Made by a program: the position numbers and the translations under genes. DNA of 64,000 bases from a virus: positions 8,518 to 72,517 of IMG/VR virus record IMGVR_UViG_3300030382_001297. One strand, written 5' to 3'. Shown here in pieces: positions 56,231 through 64,000 of the stretch. The notes beneath the pieces are model-generated. The model worked only from the letters and a program-made list of their open reading frames with translations, had not been told where the DNA came from and did not search any database. Position 1 is the first letter of the stretch; the number at the start of each line of letters is the position of its first letter.

Positions 56231-59200
56231 ATGCCAGCAAATATATTATCAAGTAAGACCAATTATGGTGCTAACAAAAATTACGTAGAGTCACGTGTCG
56301 GTACCGCTTCACAAGGTACTCAAGGAAGTGGGGGAAGCACGGGTGCACAGGGGTCTGTTGGTACTCAAGGGTCTACAGGAGCTACGTCTTCTCAAGGTTC
56401 TCAGGGAACTCAAGGTAGTCAAGGAAGCACAGGAACTCAAGGTACTCAGGGAACACAAGGAACTACTGGTACTCAAGGGAATACAGGAACTCAGGGAACT
56501 ACTGGCACTCAAGGTACAACTGGAACTCAAGGCACAACAGGTACGCAAGGAACTACGGGTACTCAAGGAACGCAAGGAACACAAGGTCCTCAAGGAGCAA
56601 CTGGAACTCAAGGAACTACAGGTACGCAAGGAACACAAGGAACCCAAGGAACTCAGGGAAAACAGGGACTTTTTGGTGGTAACAGTATAGAATTTAATTA
56701 CAGTAGTTTCGATATTACTGCTGGTTCTCCGGGCCAAACTAATTATGGATTTAATATAACACTACCCGGTGGTGGTGGTGTACCCAATTATGGCTTAATC
56801 TCTAAGGTAGGAATTTCAGACTATGATATTAATACTGATGATGTAAGTGCTTGGAACGATTCATTAGATGATGGTGATAGCACAACTAGAGGACATTTAA
56901 GAATATTTAAAACAGATGATTCTACTACATGGGTTACATTTAATATTACAGGAGCTAATGTAGCTGGAGGTACTGGCGTTACAGCATATGAAGAAGTACA
57001 AGTACAATATGTTGATAGTAATAGTTATTTTACTAATGGTGATGATTGTGTAATTACGTTTGTTCAGTCTGGAGATAAAGGAACTCAAGGGAATACAGGA
57101 GCTCAGGGAACTACAGGTACACAAGGAACTACAGGTACTCAAGGTACTGATGGAACTCAAGGAACTACAGGTACTCAAGGAACTACAGGTACTCAAGGAA
57201 CTACAGGTACACAGGGAGCTACAGGTACACAAGGAACTACAGGTACGCAAGGTACACAAGGTGCTACTGGCCCACAAGGGGCTACAGGTACTCAAGGAGC
57301 TACTGGAGCGCAAGGAACTCAAGGTACACAAGGTGCTACTGGACCTCAAGGCGCAACTGGAACTCAAGGAACTCAAGGAGCTGATGGACCACAAGGAACT
57401 ACAGGTACACAGGGAACTACAGGTACACAAGGAACTACAGGTACGCAAGGAACTACTGGTACGCAAGGCGCAACTGGAACTCAAGGAACTCAAGGCACAC
57501 AAGGTGCTACTGGACCTCAAGGCGCAACTGGAACTCAAGGAACTCAAGGAGCTGATGGACCACAAGGTGCTCAAGGTATTCAAGGAATAACAGGACCTCA
57601 AGGAACTGACGGAACTCAAGGAACACAAGGAACTCAGGGAACTTTAGGTACTCAAGGAACTACAGGAGCTCAAGGAACTACAGGAACTCAGGGAACTCAA
57701 GGAACTATAGGAACACAAGGAACTCAAGGAGTTCAAGGAACTGATGGAATAAGAGGAGGTACAAGATATGATTTCTCTACTACTACTACCGAGGCAGACC
57801 CCGGAGCAGGAATCTTTAGATTTAATCATGGTACTTTTGCTTCAGTTACAGAATTATATATAGACGACAATGATGCTGACGGTACTACACAAACCGATTG
57901 GTATGCAACATGGGACGATTCTTCTAGTACCATTAAAGGTACTATTATTATACAATCAGCGGATGGAAGTGATGCTTCCTATGCTTCAATGCAAGTAACC
58001 GCTATATCAGATGAAACAGGTTATTATAAAATAACAGTTACTCCTGTAGAAGGTTCAGGAAACCCACCCTTTAGTAATGCTGAAGAGTGTGTTTTAGAAT
58101 TTAATAGGACAGGAGATAAAGGTACTCAAGGTACAACAGGAACTCAAGGAACTCAAGGAATTCAGGGAATTCAAGGAACTACAGGAACTCAAGGCACTAC
58201 AGGAACTCAAGGTACTCAAGGCACTCAAGGTATTCAGGGAGTAACGGGAGCTCAGGGCGCTACTGGAACACAGGGAACAACGGGGACCCAAGGAACTACA
58301 GGAACGCAAGGAGCTACCGGTGCTCAAGGAACTACTGGTACTCAAGGAACACAAGGAACTCAAGGAATTCAAGGAGCTACAGGAACACAAGGAGCTACCG
58401 GTGCTCAAGGAACTACAGGAACTCAAGGTACTACTGGTACTCAGGGCGCTATTGGAACACAAGGCACAACGGGGACTCAAGGTGCAACAGGAGCGCAAGG
58501 TGCTACTGGAACTCAAGGAACTACTGGTGCTCAAGGTATACAAGGAACTCAGGGAATTCAAGGAACTACAGGAACTCAAGGAACTACTGGTACTCAGGGA
58601 ACTACAGGTACTCAAGGTACTGATGGAACTCAAGGAACTACAGGTACTCAAGGTACTGATGGAACTCAAGGAACTACTGGTACTCAAGGAGCTACTGGAG
58701 CGCAAGGAACACAAGGAACGCAAGGAACTACAGGAACGCAGGGAACTACGGGAACGCAGGGAACTACGGGAACTCAAGGAACCACTGGTACACAAGGAGC
58801 TACTGGAGCACAAGGAACTACTGGTGCTCAAGGAACTACAGGTACGCAAGGAACACAAGGAACACAAGGTGGAATAGGTTCGCAAGGTACTGCTGGTACT
58901 GTAACTGGTGGTTCTCAAGGTTCGCAAGGTATTACAGGAACAGGATTTAGAGGGGGAACTGAATATGAATTTAGTACTACTACAACAGATTCAGACCCCG
59001 GTGCTGGTAAGTTTAGACTTGACCATGCTACCTTTACTTCTGTAACTCAAGTATTTATTGATGATACTGATGCTAACGCTACTGATATGCAAGCCTTTAT
59101 GCGAACTTGGGATGATAGCTCTAGTAGTATAGAAGGACATCTAATTTTCCAATCCAAAGATATATCAGCTGGTAATTATTGTGTTATGCAGATTACTGGT

Positions 59201-62029
59201 ATCACTGAAGCTTCAGGATACTTTAAGATTGATGTAACACCTCTCAGCACTTCTGGAAATCCACCATTTGCTAATGAAGAAGATTGTGTTTATCAGTATA
59301 CAAGAAGTGGGGACAAAGGAACTCAAGGAACTCAAGGTGCAACGGGGACTCAAGGAACACAAGGCACTCAAGGAACTCAAGGTACACAAGGAACTACAGG
59401 AACACAAGGAACAACTGGAACACAAGGAACGACTGGAACTCAGGGAACAACTGGAACTCAAGGAACAGACGGAACTCAAGGAACTACAGGAACACAAGGA
59501 ACTACAGGAACACAAGGAACTACAGGAACACAAGGAACAACTGGAACTCAAGGTACACAAGGAATTCAGGGAATTCAAGGAACTATTGGAACACAAGGAA
59601 ATACAGGAACACAAGGAACAACTGGAACACAAGGAACTACAGGTACTCAAGGTGCAACAGGAACTCAAGGAACGCAAGGAATTCAAGGAACTACTGGAAC
59701 TCAGGGAACAACTGGAACTCAAGGAACAGACGGAACTCAAGGAACAACAGGGACGCAGGGAGCAACAGGGACGCAGGGAGCAACTGGAACACAAGGAGCT
59801 GTGGGAACACAAGGTACTGCTGGTACTACTTCTTCACAGGGTACAACAGGAACTCAAGGAACACAAGGAACGCAAGGAATTCAAGGAACGACTGGAACTC
59901 AAGGAAATACAGGAACGCAGGGAACTACGGGAACGCAGGGAACTACGGGAAGTCAGGGAACTACAGGAACTCAAGGTGCAACAGGAGCTACAGGTTATCG
60001 TGGAGGAACACCATATACTTTTGACACAAGTACAAGTGACTCCGACCCCGGTTCAGGAGATATTAGGTTTAATCATGGCACTTTCAGTAGTGTTGATGAA
60101 ATGTATATAGATGATACTGATGAAGATGGAAACGACCAACAGGCATGGTTTAGAACATGGGATGACAGTACATCAACCGTATTAGGAACAGTTATAATTC
60201 AATCAGCTGATGGTTCAGATACTTCATATGCTTCTTTACAAATAACAGATACAGAAGAGAAGAGTGGTTATTTCAAATTTGATGTATCACCAGTTGTGGG
60301 GTCAGGTAATCCACCATTCAGTAATGGTGAAAGAATTACTTTATCTTTTAGTAGAACTGGTGATAAAGGTTCACAAGGAGCACAGGGTACAACAGGTAAT
60401 ACAGGTAGTCAGGGAACTACGGGAACACAAGGAACCACAGGAACACAAGGTACAACTGGAACACAAGGAACTACAGGAACACAGGGAGCTACAGGAACTC
60501 AAGGAAGTCAAGGAACTGATGGTTCAACTGGAAGTCAAGGTACTGATGGTGATACTGGTACTCAAGGAACTACAGGAACTCAAGGAACTACAGGAACTCA
60601 GGGTACTATAGGAACACAAGGAAATTCTGGTCCTCAAGGAACGACTGGAACACAAGGAGCGACTGGAACACAAGGAGCGACTGGAACACAAGGAACTACA
60701 GGAACACAAGGAACTACAGGAACACAAGGAACTACAGGAACACAAGGAACAACAGGAACTCAAGGAACTGATGGTGCAACTGGAAGTCAAGGAACTCAGG
60801 GTGTAAGAGGAGAACTTGGTGGTGTTGGTGCTCAAGGTACACAAGGTATTGCTGGTACAACTTCTGCTCAAGGTACTCAGGGTATTAAAGGTATAGACGG
60901 AAGTAATGGAAGTCAAGGTACTACGGGTGCTACAGGTACTCAAGGTACTACAGGAACTCAAGGAACTAATGGTTCAACTGGAAGTCAAGGTACTACAGGA
61001 ACGACAGGAACACAAGGAACAACTGGTACAGGTTCTCAAGGTACTACAGGAACTACAGGTACTCAAGGTACTACAGGAACTCAAGGAACTAATGGTTCAA
61101 CTGGAAGCCAAGGTTCTCAAGGAACAACAGGTACAGGTGTAAGAGGAGGAACTAATTACGAGTTCGATACTGGTACATCAGATGCTGACCCCGGTGCTGG
61201 TAAATTAAGATTCGATAGTAATTCAATGTTAGCAGTAACTGAAATGTATATTGATGACGAAGACCAAAATGGTGTAGATTTACAACAATGGTTTGAAACA
61301 TGGGACGACAGTACATCAACTGTTGAAGGACATTTAGTATTCCAAGAAAAGGAACATGACAATGGAGAATATTTAGTAGCTGAAGTAGATAGTGTTACAG
61401 CAGCTACAGGTTATTATAAGATAGGTATAGACCCTATATCTTTCTCAGGAAATCCACCATGGGCTGATGGTACAGATATTGTTTTCCAATTTACAAGAAG
61501 TGGTGATGTTGGAGCAGGTACACAGGGTTCACAAGGAACTACGGGTGCAGGAACACAAGGAACAACTGGTAGTCAGGGAATTAATGGAGACCCCGGAACA
61601 CCCGGTGCTCAAGGAACTCAAGGTATAAGAGGTACTTCTGGTAATACAGGTTCTCAAGGTGCTACTGGTTCTTCAGGAGGAACTGGTTCTCAAGGTTCAA
61701 CTGGAACTCAGGGAACAACGGGAGCAGGAACACAAGGAACAACAGGTGCTCAAGGAGCAACTGGAACTCAAGGTGCTGGAGGTTCTGCTGGGTCACAGGG
61801 TTCACAAGGAACTACTGGAGCAACTGGTGGTGGAGGAGGAGGAACTTCTATTTCACACGCTGGTACTGGTGGTTCAGCAATTACGGCACCAGCCCCAGCT
61901 ACATGGTTCCCAAGTGGAGCACCCTTTGAAGTATTCGATATGGCTAGTGCGGGAATGGTACCAGATGGGTATCTATATGCAACAGTGAGCGGCACAGTAT
62001 ATTACTGGCCTTCGTGGATAGCACTCTAA
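56231..62029 (+). CDS. Collagen-like (G-T-Q/G-T-T/G-A-T) fibre protein with five repeated globular domains
   Basis: Long Gly-X-Y runs interrupted by five ~120-135-aa homologous domains (GG..Y.F...DPG.G..R...WDDS.S..G...GNPPF...F.R.GD.G). Confidence 0.88.
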   Translation: MPANILSSKTNYGANKNYVESRVGTASQGTQGSGGSTGAQGSVGTQGSTGATSSQGSQGTQGSQGSTGTQGTQGTQGTTGTQGNTGTQGTTGTQGTTGTQGTTGTQGTTGTQGTQGTQGPQGATGTQGTTGTQGTQGTQGTQGKQGLFGGNSIEFNYSSFDITAGSPGQTNYGFNITLPGGGGVPNYGLISKVGISDYDINTDDVSAWNDSLDDGDSTTRGHLRIFKTDDSTTWVTFNITGANVAGGTGVTAYEEVQVQYVDSNSYFTNGDDCVITFVQSGDKGTQGNTGAQGTTGTQGTTGTQGTDGTQGTTGTQGTTGTQGTTGTQGATGTQGTTGTQGTQGATGPQGATGTQGATGAQGTQGTQGATGPQGATGTQGTQGADGPQGTTGTQGTTGTQGTTGTQGTTGTQGATGTQGTQGTQGATGPQGATGTQGTQGADGPQGAQGIQGITGPQGTDGTQGTQGTQGTLGTQGTTGAQGTTGTQGTQGTIGTQGTQGVQGTDGIRGGTRYDFSTTTTEADPGAGIFRFNHGTFASVTELYIDDNDADGTTQTDWYATWDDSSSTIKGTIIIQSADGSDASYASMQVTAISDETGYYKITVTPVEGSGNPPFSNAEECVLEFNRTGDKGTQGTTGTQGTQGIQGIQGTTGTQGTTGTQGTQGTQGIQGVTGAQGATGTQGTTGTQGTTGTQGATGAQGTTGTQGTQGTQGIQGATGTQGATGAQGTTGTQGTTGTQGAIGTQGTTGTQGATGAQGATGTQGTTGAQGIQGTQGIQGTTGTQGTTGTQGTTGTQGTDGTQGTTGTQGTDGTQGTTGTQGATGAQGTQGTQGTTGTQGTTGTQGTTGTQGTTGTQGATGAQGTTGAQGTTGTQGTQGTQGGIGSQGTAGTVTGGSQGSQGITGTGFRGGTEYEFSTTTTDSDPGAGKFRLDHATFTSVTQVFIDDTDANATDMQAFMRTWDDSSSSIEGHLIFQSKDISAGNYCVMQITGITEASGYFKIDVTPLSTSGNPPFANEEDCVYQYTRSGDKGTQGTQGATGTQGTQGTQGTQGTQGTTGTQGTTGTQGTTGTQGTTGTQGTDGTQGTTGTQGTTGTQGTTGTQGTTGTQGTQGIQGIQGTIGTQGNTGTQGTTGTQGTTGTQGATGTQGTQGIQGTTGTQGTTGTQGTDGTQGTTGTQGATGTQGATGTQGAVGTQGTAGTTSSQGTTGTQGTQGTQGIQGTTGTQGNTGTQGTTGTQGTTGSQGTTGTQGATGATGYRGGTPYTFDTSTSDSDPGSGDIRFNHGTFSSVDEMYIDDTDEDGNDQQAWFRTWDDSTSTVLGTVIIQSADGSDTSYASLQITDTEEKSGYFKFDVSPVVGSGNPPFSNGERITLSFSRTGDKGSQGAQGTTGNTGSQGTTGTQGTTGTQGTTGTQGTTGTQGATGTQGSQGTDGSTGSQGTDGDTGTQGTTGTQGTTGTQGTIGTQGNSGPQGTTGTQGATGTQGATGTQGTTGTQGTTGTQGTTGTQGTTGTQGTDGATGSQGTQGVRGELGGVGAQGTQGIAGTTSAQGTQGIKGIDGSNGSQGTTGATGTQGTTGTQGTNGSTGSQGTTGTTGTQGTTGTGSQGTTGTTGTQGTTGTQGTNGSTGSQGSQGTTGTGVRGGTNYEFDTGTSDADPGAGKLRFDSNSMLAVTEMYIDDEDQNGVDLQQWFETWDDSTSTVEGHLVFQEKEHDNGEYLVAEVDSVTAATGYYKIGIDPISFSGNPPWADGTDIVFQFTRSGDVGAGTQGSQGTTGAGTQGTTGSQGINGDPGTPGAQGTQGIRGTSGNTGSQGATGSSGGTGSQGSTGTQGTTGAGTQGTTGAQGATGTQGAGGSAGSQGSQGTTGATGGGGGGTSISHAGTGGSAITAPAPATWFPSGAPFEVFDMASAGMVPDGYLYATVSGTVYYWPSWIAL

Positions 62030-62103
62030 CGATAACTTTATATACTCATACAGACTAAAGATTTAATATACGCCGTCCGGCAACGGCGAGGTTGATAAAA
62101 CAT

Positions 62104-62274
62104 ATGGCAAATTACGCAGTAAATGATTTCACAGAGAGTGCAGACACTATATCCGCAGCATTAGCTTTGTTAGAAACACAGCTAGAAACGATAGACGATG
62201 CAAAAACTATACGTATGATGAGTATTCATAAAGTAGGCAATAAATACGCATATGCCTTAGTGGTAGACGCATAA
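62104..62274 (+). CDS. Small hypothetical protein (start ATG 62104)
   Basis: TATA box at 62036, hairpin CGCCGT/ACGGCG, and GAGGT RBS upstream. Confidence 0.55.
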   Translation: MANYAVNDFTESADTISAALALLETQLETIDDAKTIRMMSIHKVGNKYAYALVVDA

Positions 62275-62283
62275 AGATATTAG

Positions 62284-62493
62284 ATGCCTTCTGATAGAGA
62301 TGAATTGTTAATTCGTATGGACGAAAGGATAAAGACTATCTATAACAAGATGGATGACTTTGAACTTATGTTTACTAACCACCTTTCTCATCATGAGAAG
62401 TGGGAAGACCAAATGAATAACCAACTTCGTTGGGGACTAGGTATTATTACTACCCTGATGGGAGGCGTAATAGCAGCACTGAGGTATGTATAA
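62284..62493 (+). CDS. Small coiled-coil protein with C-terminal TM helix
   Basis: 'LIRMDER...' plus hydrophobic tail. Confidence 0.55.
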   Translation: MPSDRDELLIRMDERIKTIYNKMDDFELMFTNHLSHHEKWEDQMNNQLRWGLGIITTLMGGVIAALRYV

Positions 62494-62958
62494 ATGGAAA
62501 CCTTTACTTGGACCGCACAATTTCGTAATCGAGTAAGATTACTAGCCGGTATAGAAGAACAAGAACTCGATAACGATACATTAGACATTTTAGCCAATTT
62601 ATCAGCTGAGTGGTTCCAAGAGAATACAGGTACTACGTTTACTTTAAATGATAACAATACTTATGATAGTTCTGTCATTTATTATACATGTTATCTCTCC
62701 TGTTTAGCCGCAAATGGAGTTGGAATAGATAGAATAGCTATTGGAGACTTACAGGTTTACTATGATACTAGTGAATATGAAGTATGGGCTACGTTGGCAC
62801 AACAGATGTTAGTAATGAAACTTGGATTGAGTATCAGCCGAACATCTTATAATGCGGCTCCATATCTCGGTAGAGTTAACTGGAACGAGAATATTACTGG
62901 AGTTAATGCCACCAAGACCATGTATCCTCCTGTGAGGGGGGTACATTTTGAGTCTTAG
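62494..62958 (+). CDS. Putative head-tail adaptor
   Basis: Helical N-terminus 'VRLL.G.....LD...L', 'I.IGDL.V.Y'; neck position. Confidence 0.5.
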   Translation: METFTWTAQFRNRVRLLAGIEEQELDNDTLDILANLSAEWFQENTGTTFTLNDNNTYDSSVIYYTCYLSCLAANGVGIDRIAIGDLQVYYDTSEYEVWATLAQQMLVMKLGLSISRTSYNAAPYLGRVNWNENITGVNATKTMYPPVRGVHFES

Positions 62959-63940
62959 TAATCAAGGTATAAGACCCGGCTCTATTAATATGGGGCGTAT
63001 TCTTAGGAATATGCGCTATCATACCAATCAGAGTAGGAAAGTTGTATTCTATAGACCTCCTCAATTTACTACAGATGGCTACGGTGTTGAAACTACAACT
63101 ATAGCAACCAGTGGAGCAGAGATGGTTATACCAGAATTACCAGCTCTAATACGCCCTAGCATAACTGCGGATTATACATTACAAAGGTCAGGGCATAATA
63201 TAGTTGGTGCAGCTAGAGTCTATACACCCAATTTAGCTACTATCAAAGGATTCGATAATTTTAACCAGAGTAATGACCCTCAATTTAACGAGATAGAGGG
63301 ATGGGATAGACTTATAGATGTAAATCGCTATATCTATACAGTTCCTACTAATGCTACTACTGCATGGACCTCTGGAACAACAGCTGATGTTACATTTACT
63401 TCTGATGGGCAAACACTTACAGCTACATTAGGCACGGATTATGAAGGTGATTTTTATTATACTACGGGAGCTACTAATACGCTAGAAGCAGATAGAATAC
63501 GCTTTCAGATAAAGGCTAGTGGAGCAAGCAATATAGCGCTTATTAATTGTAAGAGTATGAATGGAGGAACGCAAAATGGAAACTATGCTATTACTTATAC
63601 TCCTGCTTCATTGAGCATACCTACTGGTAGTTGGCTCACTGTAGATTTACCATTCGTTACAGGTAGTGTAACGAGCGGTTCTTCAATATATTTAGATGGA
63701 ACACGTCATGCAGTAACTATTACTACAGGTTCTAGTTTTGATTATGAAGCTGATTTTAGAGACTTCGTTTTCAATGTTTCAGGAGCTGCAAGCGGAAACA
63801 AAGTTATGGTAAGAGATATTAAATATTATAAATCTATAAGATGGATGGTTCAGGCTGTCCGAGACTATAACGACGACTATGTTATTTATGAGTGTGTACG
63901 TATCAAAGGTAAATCTGATAAGAATAGGAGGGCACGATAA
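62948..63940 (+). CDS. Putative head-closure protein with inserted carbohydrate-binding-like domain
   Basis: Stopper-like N- and C-terminal segments flank a T/S/G-rich beta insert. Confidence 0.4.
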   Translation: MSLSNQGIRPGSINMGRILRNMRYHTNQSRKVVFYRPPQFTTDGYGVETTTIATSGAEMVIPELPALIRPSITADYTLQRSGHNIVGAARVYTPNLATIKGFDNFNQSNDPQFNEIEGWDRLIDVNRYIYTVPTNATTAWTSGTTADVTFTSDGQTLTATLGTDYEGDFYYTTGATNTLEADRIRFQIKASGASNIALINCKSMNGGTQNGNYAITYTPASLSIPTGSWLTVDLPFVTGSVTSGSSIYLDGTRHAVTITTGSSFDYEADFRDFVFNVSGAASGNKVMVRDIKYYKSIRWMVQAVRDYNDDYVIYECVRIKGKSDKNRRAR

Positions 63941-64000
63941 TGGCAGAGCCCGACCACTTGAATGTTGTTGAACGAAAAATCATAGATAATCTCCGAACGG
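63940..64000 (+). CDS. Start of next neck/tail gene (truncated)
   Basis: GGAGG RBS; MAEPDHLNVVERKIIDNLRT open to the window edge. Confidence 0.5.
   Translation, partial: MAEPDHLNVVERKIIDNLRT

Noticed and set aside
56300-61850. Tandem GGAACTCAA-type repeats as a CRISPR array or satellite
   Set aside because: There are no unique spacers, and variation is at synonymous positions of a single long ORF.
56295-61995. Many overlapping ORFs (ELKELQV-, SSLST- and RNSRN-type) within the fibre gene
   Set aside because: They are frame and antisense shadows of the 9-bp-periodic Gly-X-Y coding repeats, with no independent RBS or promoter.

Overview
This window is about 64 kb of a tailed (HK97-fold, Caudoviricetes) virus of archaea, most likely a magrovirus-like virus of Marine Group II (Poseidoniales). 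That host call is inference from archaeal BRE/TATA promoters, an aIF-1A gene, an archaeal-type primase, PolB, an Lsm-like gene and a surface protein with GCxDxxAxNY..DDGSC repeats. Layout: tail genes (+, 1-9.8 kb); a long minus-strand replication/metabolism block (9.8-35.3 kb: class II RNR, fused primase, GT4, Lsm, PolB, MazG, aIF-1A, AAA+ helicase-like, Hsp20, resolvase, ligase, VWA/MoxR pair, mini-PolX); a gene-poor control region (35.3-40.9 kb) with iteron-like repeats, five fixed-geometry composite promoters and micro-ORFs; a modification-enzyme cluster (41-45.5 kb); then packaging and head genes (terminase, portal, protease, MCP, a 1932-aa collagen-like fibre, neck genes). The main unexplained signal is a set of ORF-free, stem-closed structured elements that look like non-coding RNAs. 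The largest is a ~604-nt nested multi-domain RNA candidate at 28407-29010. Beside it is a 68-nt hairpin whose loop is complementary to the ribosome-binding leaders of the virus's own putative early genes. Further structured elements lie at 36464-36812 and 38573-39070. All protein calls come from motif recognition by eye; no database searches or folding programs were run.
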